NCBI GenBank assembly: GCA_951406725.2
Contig: OX597820.1
Location: 84,754,001 to 84,818,000 of the forward strand
Reading direction: 5' to 3'
Length of the DNA stretch: 64,000 nucleotides
From: Octopus vulgaris
Lineage: Eukaryota
Shown here: positions 14,342 through 26,684 of the stretch, one piece after another
How positions within the stretch are numbered: position 1 is the first letter of the stretch
Layout: each line of letters starts with the position of its first letter
The notes under the pieces: generated by a model
What the model saw: only the letters and a program-made list of their open reading frames with translations
The model's database searches: none
Told to the model about the DNA's origin: nothing
Translations under genes and position numbers: made by a program

Positions 14342-14867
14342 GGTTGTGTGAGTATGCGCGTGTTTGCATGCGTATATTTAATTAGTACTTTTCTCTCTGA
14401 CAACTTTTGTAATTTATCCTCAGTTGCTTGCATTGAAACCCTTGTTAATTAAGTAATACACAATTTGGAAACATTAATTTTCCGCGTGTATTTGATTACT
14501 TTAGAACTCCAAATTCACACTCTTCTAAATTATTGGTTAATATAAATGTCTTTTAAGAACTTAAATTAGATAAATCTTTACATTTCATATATTTTAACAT
14601 CTATTGCTTTTTTATATATTTTAACATCTATTGCATCTATTGTTTTTTCTTATGTTTATTTAGTTACTCACCATTTGGAAAAAAAAAACGTATATTAAGC
14701 CTTCTAACAACAAAGAGGATTCTTAAATTCATTCAAATTCGTCAAGATTTTCGTTGCAGATTTGCAGTCTTCATGCTGACATAGATCAATAACATCTGCT
14801 TGAAAGATTTAGAACCATAGGATATGGACATAGTTTTGTATCCATTTGTTTTATATATTCATTTCTA

Positions 14868-15275
14868 TTGCAGTGGCTGTGTGGTAAGAAACTTGCTTCC
14901 ATGCCACATGGTTCAGTGTTCAGCCCTACTACATGACAACTTCGGCAAGTGTCTTCTACTATAGCCTTGGTTTAACCAAAAAAAGGGGTTTTGATGAACA
15001 GGAACTGAAAGGATCCTGTCGTAAATGTGTGTGTGTGCGCGTGCGTGTGCATATATGTGTGTTTTTTTGGTATTTGCGTTTGTCTCTACCACCGCTTAAT
15101 AAACGGTGTGTTTCAGTACCGTAATTTAGTGGTTCGACAAAACAAAATGATAGAATAAGTACCAGGCTGTAAGAAAAAATTCCTTGTCTTAATTCATTCG
15201 ACTAATAATTCTTCAAGATGCTCCCGCATAGCCGTAGTCCTATGACTGACAGAAGTAAAACATAAACGATAAGAT
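14868..15275 (+). mobile_element. SINE family A, diverged full-length copy
   Basis: GTGGCTGTGTGGTAAGAAACTTGCTTCC...CCACATGGTTC...GGCAAGTGTCTTCTACTATAGCC...GATAGAATAAGTACC, matching 1933-2351. Confidence 0.75.
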
Positions 15276-15462
15276 TTATACACATGTGCATTTATATACA
15301 TGGGATTTATTTTCGATCCGTCATGTCAGTCATTTTATGTTACTGTTCAGTCATTTAACTCCTGTTTTGCCCTTGCACATACATTTCTATGTATAAATGT
15401 GTGCATAACTATATAATTCAATATGTCTTATAAATATCTCATCTTATTCTGGAAGATGCTCT

Positions 15463-15577
15463 CTTGGGCAAGTGTCTTCTGCTAGAACCTCGGGTCGACG
15501 AAAGCCTTGTGAGTGCATTTGGTAGGCGGAAACTGAAAGAAGACTGTCGTATATATGTATATATGTATATATATATA
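15463..15577 (+). mobile_element. SINE family A fragment
   Basis: CTTGGGCAAGTGTCTTCT...GGAAACTGAAAGAAGACTGTCGTATAT matches ~1987-2080. Confidence 0.7.
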
Positions 15578-16289
15578 CCTTGCTTATTTAGTCTTTGGGT
15601 AAGAATCATGCGTCAGAAACCATCCATTTTCAGGCAATGTTATGTCCTGCTGTTTTTAGTTACACATTATATGATTATATTGAATCTGACACGCACATTT
15701 TCATTGATTGACTTCGTTTAAGAATTTACAGTGTGGTATTTAAGAAATATATTGCCAGCAAAGGTAACTTTTCTTAGTGTACACTGGAATCAAAGTGATT
15801 TCCCGAGATAAATTGTCAACCGGTGAATGATAAACGAGTTACTCTTCACTGAACACGATTGCATTCGCGGTGCGGGATATGAAGAAGGTTAGTCGAATAA
15901 CAACGCTAATTGAAAACTGAGAAATGTTGGCTTTTATTCTGAATCAACGTATCTTGTGAAACATCAATAGTTTCAATGGATTGATCTATCTGTTCTATTT
16001 ATATGATAGATTTTGTGTCAAATATATTTACCTGTAATAGATCTCAGTGTATAAACAAGTAGATATGAACATGTTAGATCCAGTATTTGAAATACTTATA
16101 TAGTGATACAAGCACAGCTATGTAGCTGATAATTTCACTTAAGTCTAGGCATGTAACATCTAGATTTCGCTGGTTTAAAATGTGGAATAGAGAAACCAAA
16201 ACTCTGCAACAACCAGTGACACATACATATGTACACACACACACACGCACACGCAAACCCCGATATGCACATACATATATCTATCTATC

Positions 16290-16361
<72 letters not shown>

Positions 16362-16365
<4 letters not shown>

Positions 16366-18500
16366 TAAAAACGGTAACATAACAAAACAAAGAAAGAGAC
16401 CTCAATATTATGTAAATAGAGGAAATTTATCTATAAAATAATATGTTACAATTACTCAATAGTCAAGATAAAAATCTGAGTTTCAGATGCCGAAGTGGAA
16501 ATCCACAACAGCATCTGTTCGGTTATCTGGCCATCTGAAAAACGCTATGAAAAATACCGTTATATAAAGGGAAATTACTGTCTTATAATTCTGCTACTTA
16601 TATAAAATAAGATTAAAAGTTCATAGTAAACACATAAACATGCCCTCACTTTAACCGCTAATACAAATGGACCAGCACAGGATCGTTTTAGGAAGGATAG
16701 TATCCAATTAAGGAAATACTTTGGACTTAGTATAACTATAGATACTAACCTGACGGTTGTCAAGTTCCTAGACGTTTCCTTAAATCTATATAAGAATATT
16801 TATAAGCCTTATAGGAAGCCCAATGATAGACTTAGTTATATTAATGTAGGTTCATGCCATCCCCCTATAGCATTCAAAAGTTTAGTTAAAAATATTAGTA
16901 AGAGAATTTCTAGCCTCTCCTCCGATAAGGACATTTTAATAGCGTTGCCCCAGTTTATAATAAGGCTTTAAAAGATAGTGGTTTTAGCGAAAAAATAAAA
17001 TATACACCTGTTACTAGCCCAACAGTAAAGAAGAGGAAAAATAGAAATAGGAAGATCATCTGGTTTACATCTCCTTACTCACACGAGGTGACCTTCAATA
17101 TAGGTAAATATTTCTTAACACTGATAGATAGACATTTTCCAGTTAACCATACTTATAGGAAACTCTTCAATAAACACAATTTAAAAATTAGTTTTATTTC
17201 AACTACCAATTATAAAAATATAATCAGACATACCACACAAAAACCACAGGAAAGCAGCTGTTCATGTAGGAATAAACAAATTGTGCCCGGTAAATGGAGC
17301 TTGCATGTCAGTGGACTCTAAAGACACCGTTTCGACGAAGAAATACGTGGGCCTTACAGAGGGTAATTTCAAGGCCTGGTACAATAACCACACCTTGAGT
17401 TTTAGGCACTGGAACAAAAGAAAAGCGACACAATTATCTAATCATATTTGTTCTTTAAAAGGTAAAGGTGTCGATTATAACATCCATTGGAAGATTTTGG
17501 CCAAATGTAAGCCCTACACTAACGGCAGCTGAAAGTGCGGTCTATGCGACATGGAGAGATGGCTTATCTGGAAAAGCAGCTTAGACCCTACTACATGTCT
17601 AAACTCAAGGACATAACTTTTCGGTTCATGCCCAAATGTGACAAAATATTTGTTACGTTTTTGGTCCCTTAAAGAAAACAGATAGAACTTGCTTTCTATA
17701 TTATGTCCCAAAAAGTTTTTTATCTCATTATACCTTTTATTATTTCATATATCTTTATATTTTCATACATAATTTTTTTCTGTACTCTTCTATCCTGCAT
17801 TTTTTCCTGTGCCTATATAGACGTGTATATAGATTCATTTGTACACGTGTGTGAATATGTATGATGTGTGCGTGTGTGCGGGCATAAGAATGCATATATA
17901 TATATAGACGTTTTTACTTAGTAATTTTCTTTTTTTAGTTCATTTTCTGTTTATGCGTGTGTGTGTATGTGTATATAAACATGTGCGGGTATGTACATAT
18001 ATGGGCGTGTGTGTGTATGAGTGCATAAGGGCATGTCCGTATATGAACGTGATTTTTATTCTTTGTATACTTCCTTATGTTTTTTTCTGTTACCTTTAAC
18101 CATGGTTTTTCATGTGCTTGTGCGTATATGGACGTATGTATGAACTTTTTCGGTACGCGCCTGTGTGCGTATGAATTTGTATATATATGCGTATATATTT
18201 GGCGGAAAATGCGAGTGAGGTGTGCACGTTTTCATAGTGACGTATTAGTAGGCACGTGTATCCGCGAATGCACATGCGAGTGTATGACTAGCCATGTTTA
18301 AGTGTTTACTATGAACTTTTAATCGTATTTTATATAAGTATCAGAATTATAAGACAGTAATTTCCCTTCATATAACGGTATTTTATCATAGCGTTTTTCA
18401 GATGGCCAGATAACCGAACAGATGGTGTTGTGGATTTCCACTTCGGCATCTGAATCTCTGAGTTTTATCTTGACCATTGAGTAATTGTAACATACTATTA
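16362..18500 (+). mobile_element. 5'-truncated Penelope-like element with inverted 5' pLTR and 3' pLTR, flanked by (TA)n
   Basis: 16650-17660 encodes KFLDVSLNL...YKPYRKPNDRLSYINVGSCHPP (RT thumb) and CSCRNK..CPVNGAC...YVGLTEGNFKAWYNNHTLSF...WKILAKCKPY (GIY-YIG) with frameshifts. 16440-16642 is the reverse complement of 18293-18497. Confidence 0.9.
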
Positions 18501-18698
18501 TATATATATATATATATAGATATATATATATATATGGGTGTGTGTGATTGTGTATAGAAGAATATATTAATAAAAGAATTCCAACCTTGTCTGATTTTCA
18601 CGTTTTATTTACAATCTTATAATGATATATTATAAGATAATATATTATAATTGAATAAAATAAAATGAAATAGTAGAATGTTAAATATTCATTCTGAT

Positions 18699-18743
18699 TG
18701 AACTAGTACTTTCATGCATTGAATTCTGCAATCTTCGGGTTCA
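18699..18743 (-). ncRNA. Type-I HHR-like motif (left arm copy)
   Basis: Reverse complement of the motif at 19106-19150. Confidence 0.6.
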
Positions 18744-19105
18744 TGTAGTAGTGTTGACAGTCATGCTTCACAATTTTTGACTGTAGCAAGATGAGTGATT
18801 CTGTGCTATAAATACAGCTGGGTAGGCTCCAGAGTGCTAGGTTTTGCAAACTGTATTCTGACCAATCAGTGTGTAGTATCACTCAATTACTTAAGCTGAT
18901 TGGTTGGTTGAGCTGATTGGTTTAGGCATCACGCTTTGTTGGACAGGTCAAGAGTCCTGTAATTGAGTGATACTACACACTGATTGGTCAGAATACAGTT
19001 TGCAAAACCTAGCACTCTGGAGCCTACCCAGCTGTATTTATAGCACAGAATCACTCATCTTGCTACAGTCAAAAATTGTGAAGCATGACTGTCAACACTA
19101 CTACA

Positions 19106-19150
19106 TGAACCCGAAGATTGCAGAATTCAATGCATGAAAGTACTAGTTCA
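19106..19150 (+). ncRNA. Type-I HHR-like motif (CCGAAGA core variant)
   Basis: TGAAC-CCGAAGA-T-TGCA-GAATTCAA-TGCA-T-GAAA-GTAC-TA-GTTCA. Helix I TGAAC/GTTCA, helix II TGCA/TGCA, palindromic helix III AGTACT, UA cleavage site. Confidence 0.62.
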
Positions 19151-19279
19151 ATCAGAATGAATATTTAACATTCTACTATTTCATTTTATTTTATTCAATT
19201 ATAATATATTATCTTATAATATATCATTATAAGATTGTAAATAAAACGTGAAAATCAGACAAGGTTGGAATTCTTTTTA

Positions 19280-19328
<49 letters not shown>

Positions 19329-19332
<4 letters not shown>

Positions 19333-20223
19333 CATAAGGGACTAAAGCCATCTGAATATGGCTAGGGACAGGGCAGGGTGGTGGGGGCGTTACTGTTGCA
19401 TTTAGCCCCAGGCGAACATCGACGTCACCAGATAGGCCCGACACCGTCACGGTGTCCTTTAACCTGCAAAGGGAGGTAATTCCCCGATGAAGCGGAAACC
19501 ACACACGGACCATGGGTTCAAGGTGTATTGCCTATCGTCGGCGTGTGGTAGGCTTCCGCTTCCTCGACGAATTCTCACTCTGCAGGATATTCATATATAG
19601 ATTTTCAAGCAAAATACATTTGCTGATTTCGAAAATCTGTTCGAAAGCAATAATAATTCTCTAAAAGAGATATAGACAGTAACTGCTCGATAACATAAGG
19701 GACTAAAGCCATCTGAATATGGCTAGGGACAGGGCAGGGTGGTGGGGGTGTTACTGTTGCATTTAGCCCCAGGCGAACATCGACGTCACCAGATAGGCCC
19801 GACACCGTCACGGTGTCCTTTAGTTCGCCTGGGGCTAAATGCAACCATGGTCCGTGTGTGGTTTCCGCTTCATCGGGGAATTACCTCCCTTTGCAGGTTA
19901 AAGGACACCGTGACGGTGTCGGGCCTATCTGGTGACGTCGATGTTCGCCTGGGGCTAAATGCAACAGTAACACCCCCACCACCCTGCCCTGTCCCTAGCC
20001 ATATTCAGATGGCTTTAGTCCCTTATGTTATCGAGCAGTTACTGTCTATATCTCTTTTAGAGAATTATTATTGCTTTCGAACAGATTTTCGAAATCAGCA
20101 AATGTATTTTGCTTGAAAATCTATATATGAATATCCTGCAGAGTGAGAATTCGTCGAGGAAGCGGAAGCCTACCACACGCCGACGATAGGCAATACACCT
20201 TCTCTTTTAGAGAATTATTATTG

Positions 20224-20225
<2 letters not shown>
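19329..20225. mobile_element. Retrozyme-like element: 361-nt unit as ~1.4 tandem copies (minus sense) plus one inverted monomer
   Basis: AACATAAGGG recurs at 19331 and 19692 (period 361). 19845-20201 is a 357-nt reverse-complement monomer. Short rearranged fragments at 19823-19844 and 20201-20225. (TA)n on both sides and an HHR-like motif in the unit. Confidence 0.75.
19502..19547 (-). ncRNA. Type-I HHR-like motif (CCGACGA core, GAAC variant)
   Basis: Minus strand reads CACACG-CCGACGA-TAGG-CAATACA-CCTT-GAAC-CCATGG-TC-CGTGTG. Helix I is 6 bp and extends by GAAGCGGAAGCC/GGTTTCCGCTTC. Palindromic CCATGG in helix III. Confidence 0.62.
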
Positions 20226-20294
<69 letters not shown>

Positions 20295-20295
20295 C

Positions 20296-20396
<101 letters not shown>

Positions 20397-20559
20397 TGCG
20401 TGCTTGTGGGCGTGCGGGTATATATACAGGCTATTCGGAATATTTACAGTCAAGGTTGTTATGTTCAGATTAGCCAGACGAGGTTTGGAAATCTTTGTAA
20501 GGTATGATGCAATCTATTATGAATACAATAAGTAAAGATTTCTAATGAAATTGTGAACT

Positions 20560-21150
20560 CCTCTGATATATATATATATATAATTATTTAAATCTGAAAT
20601 TATTCCTTCAAAGTATTTATTAATTCTTATAAGAGGATTATACAATTTTTAGTAGAATTGCCCTTTCCATTTTCAAGGCAAAGAACGCATTAGGCATTTA
20701 GGTATGTTAATCAGTTGATGAATAGTCTCTTGAGGAATTTGTCGCCAAGTGTCATGCAATAATCTCAAAGGATATGGCTTTGAAGATGCCTTCTTGCTCT
20801 TTTTATGAAGCGTCCTGTCTATAATGTACCCCGACGTGTTCAATGGGTTTCATATCTGGTGACAGGCGTAGCCATGGAAGCCTTTTAATGCCATACTCTT
20901 CCAACAAATCTTGCGTCATTTTAACCATTTTAGCCATAAAAAAAAGAGTCTTCTTTAAGGATTTCACCACCGGAGAAGATTGGAAGGATTTCTTTCGGTA
21001 AAATGGACATATACTTATCTCACACTCCCATTGACCATTGCTCCAAATTGCACCATGGACCATCACTGAATAGTTGCCATATTTCATTGTTGGCCGCATT
21101 ATTTTCGCATCAAATTCCTGAGCACAGCCTTCAGAAAGGCCAATTAATCT
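20560..21150 (-). mobile_element. Tc1-family transposase fragment (DDE region)
   Basis: PTMKYGNYSVMVHGAIWSNG and WLRLSPDMKPIEHV (cf. WPxxSPDLNPIE) within ORF 20803-21399. Confidence 0.75.
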
Positions 21151-21266
21151 AACTTTCAAACACATTATGATAAATCTATAAATCTGATAAGGTAGGAAAG
21201 CGCTAGGTGTGTAAATAAAATATAGATAAAAGGTAAAGAAAAAATACACATAAGCATCTAGCTTAT

Positions 21267-21331
<65 letters not shown>

Positions 21332-21335
<4 letters not shown>

Positions 21336-22050
21336 GGTTTGACAAAATAATGGAAACGCCTTTTTCAAACAAATTTATTTTAATATAGGGTAGGGCCAAC
21401 TTTGGCAGTAATTACAGCTTGAATTCTACGAGCTATGGACTCGTACTAAGTTTGAATCGTTTCCAGAGGACTTTTTGGTCTATTGTGCAGCTAAAGCAGT
21501 CTCTAATTCTTGTAGTGATGATGCTGGAGGATATCGACTCCTTACTTGTTTTTTTCTAAAATGCACCATAAATTTTCAACAATATTGATATCTGGGGACT
21601 GTGGCGGCCAGATAAGATGTTCAACCTGACTAGAATATTACTCGTGCCATTCAGTAACAAATTTAGCTGCGGGAATTGGTGTATTATGATCCTGAAAGAT
21701 CGTGTTTCTCATCGGAAACAGTTCTGCAACCGTAGGTTGCATTTGATGAGATAAAATGCTTAATTAGTCTCGACTATTAATTCTGCCAAGAATGGAAACT
21801 ATTTGCCGGCGGATATCCAAGATATAGACCCCACCGATCATCATAGATCCTCCTCCCTGGTTAACAGTTACAGGAAGGAGTCTGGATCAAATGATTCTTT
21901 TGGCTGTCTCCACACGCATACTCTGCCGATTGTCAGAAATCAGGCAAAGGCTGACTCGTTCGAGTAAATAACATTTTCGCCTGATCTAAGGACCGATTCT
22001 GTAGCCTTTTACCCCATTCATTAGCAGTTTTGCAATAGAGACTTTAGACA
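21332..22050 (-). mobile_element. Tc1-family fragment with one TIR abutting (TA)n
   Basis: Minus-strand HLIWPPQSPDINIVENLW at ~21565-21620. Terminus TACACGGTTTGACAAAATAATGGAAAC. Resembles the 10124-11020 copy. Confidence 0.8.
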
Positions 22051-22974
22051 TGATACCAGTTTACAAACTAAATAGAGGGATCGATCTGTCCAGCAAAAAT
22101 GCTGCATGGTAGTGCCCTAGCATACTGCAATCCAATGCCTGAAATAAATAAAACATAAAATTCAAAATGTAAAAAGAACAATGCATGGTGTAGGGAATGC
22201 AATGCATAACCTGAACGCAGATAATATTTTTCGCATAATATAGTATTGCCTATATTGCGTTGCTTACCCATTTTAAGTGAGCTGAATTATTTACTTTTTC
22301 AAGTATCATTATAATAGCTATTTATACTCTGGTGAAATTATGAAATCAACTCATAGTAAATGAAACACTCGAATCCATCACCTTACACACGCGCGCGCGC
22401 TAGCAAACTCACACACAGTCGCATGTTTATGTATGTATTAATGTATGTTTGAAGATAATCAAGCCAAAGTTTTAACATTTCAAGCCACTCACCCAATGAG
22501 TATTTATGACAAATTTGGTGAAATTCCGTTCCGATGTTTTCCACTAAGTTTGCCAAATTAAAGACAATGTGACACATACGAGTGATTACAATGACCCTGC
22601 TTTCGCTTATGCGCACAGCGTAAATATATACGGCTATAATTTGTCTGCTGCTATATAAGTGTGAAATTCTATATGTAAAATGTGTGCTATCGGTTGGACA
22701 TTTCATCCCTGTATTTTTACTAATTGTCAGCAAATTACTCTTATACTAAAGTATTCATTGTAGTTGTAACTCTCAGTTTGATGTGAATAAATCAAACACC
22801 CTATATTTCTTGGTTTTCAACAAGTATCTTGCGTTCTCGGACCTATTAGAGTTGCATGTTATCACATTCTTTGACATAGATCGATTTTATTATTGACTCA
22901 TGACACAGATATATCATTGCAACGTAATTGGATTTGCACACGTGGCTAAAGTAAACTTCCATTAAATTCCTTAA

Positions 22975-24236
22975 TGTATCAGTCTGAGTAAAAAGTAAGC
23001 AAAGTTTTAGAAATTGAAATACATCACAATGTATTTTAACAATGCGGAAATTTTATTCATCAAACTAAGTACCATTACAATCAACGCGCTTTTGCCAACG
23101 AGATACAAGTTTGTTTATTCCGGAGATATAAAACCTTGATTTCTGGAGTTAATGAACTCTTTGAAAGCACTTTCAGCATCGGTTTGAACTTTTAAACACC
23201 TTCTGTTGCAAAGGAACCATCGAAGTGCTTGAAAAAGTGGTAGTCAGTAGAAAGGGGAGTAAGCGTGTTGGGGAAGAACTTCGTAGTCAAGTTCGCTCAA
23301 CTTCTGGAGCGTCATTAGTGAATCGTATGGCCGAACATTGTCATGACGTTTGGCCCGCTTCTGTTGACCAGTCTGCGTCGGAGAAGTAGCAGTTTTTCGT
23401 ATATTGTGGCGATTGTATGGCAATCTGTTTCTGCAGTAATGGTTTTTCCGGGTTTTAAGAAGTTATAGTGGATACGTCACCAAACAATCACTATAACCTT
23501 CTTTTTGAAGAACTCGAGTTTAGGCAAGGTTTTCGAGGCTTTATTTTGGTTCAACCGCTACGAAGAACGGTTTTTTCTTATTGTACCGGGTAAACTTTTC
23601 ATCGCAACTACCAAACGGTCGAGAAATGGATCGTTGTGGATACGGAGAAGAAGCGACGCGCAAATTTTAAACCTACGCATTTTCTAATTTTCATTGAAAT
23701 CGTGTGGTACCCATTTGTGCAGCTTTTTTGATTTTCCGATCGCATGCGAATGACTGCAAGCACTTTTCTGGCTGACTTGCAGCTCTTTTGCCAGTTTTGG
23801 AGTGGTTTTGCGTGGATTTTTCTCAATGAAGGTTTGTAATTGACCGTCATCAATACCAGATGGGCACCCACTACGCTCAGGTCCCCACTGCGAAATCGTT
23901 TTAACTATTTTCGAGCTGACCATTCACTGGTAATTTCCTCACCAAACATTTCCTTTACATCGCGAGCGGTTTCACTTCCTTTACACCCTTTTTTTTTTTT
24001 TGAAGTTGAATAACAAAATTACTCGAATATTGCGCTTTGGCTTTTCTATTTCAGATGATTGTAACAACTGTGAAAAACATATCAATGTTAATTTATTGAT
24101 GCATTTGTGCAAATCTATGTCTATATTATCAGACAATTGCAAAAGGTTGTTTAAAAAAATTCAACGTTTGCAAAACTCTGGTATACATTCTTCATGGTTC
24201 AAAACTTTGCTTACTTTTTACTCAACCTGATAAATA
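22975..24236 (-). mobile_element. Full-length degenerate mariner element (~1.26 kb)
   Basis: TIRs TATCAGTCTGAGTAAAAAGTAAGCAAAGTTTT and AAAACTTTGCTTACTTTTTACTCAACCTGATA. Transposase remnants RSGCP and KKLHKWVPHDF (WVPHEL motif). Confidence 0.88.
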
Positions 24237-24984
24237 TAAAAAATGTGGGTAACGCCAACAGTTTTGGGCTATTGCAAGCAATGCCATCATACCTAAACAT
24301 TAGCAAGTATATCTATGATTTTCTACTGATAATTGAACTAAAACAAAATGTATCCATATATATTTCATCTAAATTTCTAGTTAGCAAATGAACTCGCATT
24401 TACTGTTATGTAAAACAGTTCTCAACCTGCTGCAAATCCAGGTACGTACAGTTCTTAAACAAGGAAGTACTCATTGTGTTAATAATTATTTTTATTTTGC
24501 GAGTCGAAAATAAAGAATGATAAGATTCAACTCATTTGTATTTCACTATAGACTACATATATTTATCTCTAAAGCATTTTAACGTGAATTTGACGAGTAA
24601 TTACTTGCATTTTCGTTTCAAAACAATTGTGATTATGAGTAGCACAGGATGTAGTTAGGGAAAGAAAATCCCAAAATATTCACTGAAGTGATTAGGAATC
24701 GAGAATTCTAAATTACAGATAATGTTCTTTAAGAAGACATTCAGGATAATTCTGGTGAATATATTTTCAACATTGTATAATTTGTAATCCAATGACGATT
24801 TTAATTTAATATAGAAAGATTAGTATATATTTATAGATAGTAGGTTTGTTATCTATTTCCTAAATATCTGCTCCAAGCGTTCTAAAAAGATATCTGATAA
24901 AAGCGTACAGACACACACAGCGAGGCACACTTTAGTATGAATATATGGGAGTGTATCAGCGCGCGTCTATGTATGTGTGTTTCC

Positions 24985-25046
<62 letters not shown>

Positions 25047-26684
25047 AAACATATACTCTGCAGAGCGTAAATAGGAATAAATTAGATTAAATTCTCCAAA
25101 TCCTCTTTGTGTATTAAATAAGAATGTAAACAACTTTATATATTCTTTATTGAAAGCAAAAAATCAAGATAATCACTAAATGAAAATCTTCCCGGCTTTC
25201 TGAACAACCCTTAGAAAAATCACACAACTCATCATAGCATACACAAAAGCACATATCAGCTGCTATACAAAACAAGGAAAACTATATTGTTACGGTCTTA
25301 GCCAAATTCATATGTTTTTGCGTTCCTACAGTTCATTATTAATTGCACAAGTTTTATGTACAAAAGAATGGAAATGAAGAGTGAGGATTTTAGATACTAC
25401 AAGAGATCTCTAAAAGTTTATTTGACTTACCTTATTTTGTTAGGCTATTATAGTGTTTTGAGAGGAATAAGTGTAGGTGCATGCATTTAATAACTTGATA
25501 TGGCTTTATAAACTTTTATATGGTTGGACTTAATCCTGTTGTATGTTTCAGTTTTATATGAGACTCCTAGATGTTGAAGTAGATCAAAGTGTATTTTCTC
25601 AACCCTAGATGTTCTATGAGTTTGTAATCTTCTGATATTGTGTACTGTTGTTGGCTATAAAATCAGATGAAATCAAATATATGAGTTACAAATATCTTAT
25701 GCATAAGGCCAATTCGAAGTTTTCTTTGTATAAACCAAGTTTCAGATTACATACTATACGTGGTGCAAGAATTATTAGCTAGTTTAATTAAAGGAAAATA
25801 TTGATTGTTACTTAAAAGTCAAGGTAAATATTATCCTCACACTGAAACAGTTATTAAACTATATGCAGTTTGCATGGAAGAATTTGGAAGTCCTCGTATG
25901 TAGGTGCGCACATCTTGCGTATTATTTTTGTTTACTGTTTAGAAACTGGTGTGATGCTGTGAAAATATGGAATATTTTCTCTGTGCCCAAATTTCATCAT
26001 AGTTTTCCTCAGATTACATATGATTCAGCCATGCTTAATTTTTCGCATTCCATAATAAAGTTAGACATTCTCTGTATTTGGGAACAACTCAGGCTCGTGT
26101 TATGCATCTTCTCTGTATCCTTAAATGAAATCCAATCATTTGTCAGTCTCGCCATTTATGTTGTCGAGGAGGGAGCAATGTTGGACTTCGAATATCCTAC
26201 TAACGTAACCCTACCCTATAGCTGTATGCCAAATTTTCGATATTACATTCAGTATATAAAGGACAAATTCTCTTTCTTACACAACGGAAATGATATATTA
26301 CTTTTTCTAACCCCACCTATATTAGTGGGACCAGAATTAGATATCCTCACTCTCCGTATCTACGGATGTATTGCTGCTTATATTCCAGCTATCATTTCGG
26401 CTTTCCTCGCTATAACCTCTGCCATCTACTGTACCCGGTTCACCTACTTTAGGGATAGTAACTGTTGGCTCTCCACCACTGCCTATATCTACTTGGATGT
26501 TCGTTTCTATATCATTGGGTGTGAGGTTGGTATATGGGGTCCTTTATGGTAGACTATCTTTTAAAATTTAAGTGCGTTGTCGCTATCATTAAGAGTATCG
26601 TTATAATTGTCCGAAGCTTTATAGTCGTCTCTTGTGTTCAGGAATGCAGATATTCTACCAGTATCATGCGCCGCTATTATTTAT

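Larger units (their letters stand above)
18562..19288. repeat. Near-perfect palindrome (two ~329-bp arms, 68-bp spacer), probably an inverted PLE pLTR pair
   Basis: 18562-18890 is the reverse complement of 18959-19288, with one A/T indel noticed. It sits between TA/TG tracts and each arm carries an HHR-like motif. Confidence 0.92.

Noticed and set aside
19280-20116. Repeated ORFs containing DTVTVSGLSGDVDVRLGLNATVTPPPPCP
   Set aside because: They recur only because the 361-nt unit is repeated. There is no recognisable domain, and the strong RNA pairing explains the sequence better.
19329-20225. CRISPR-like array or DNA-transposon MITE reading of the repeats
   Set aside because: There is no short repeat/unique spacer periodicity, and the inversion is asymmetric and permuted rather than matched TIRs.
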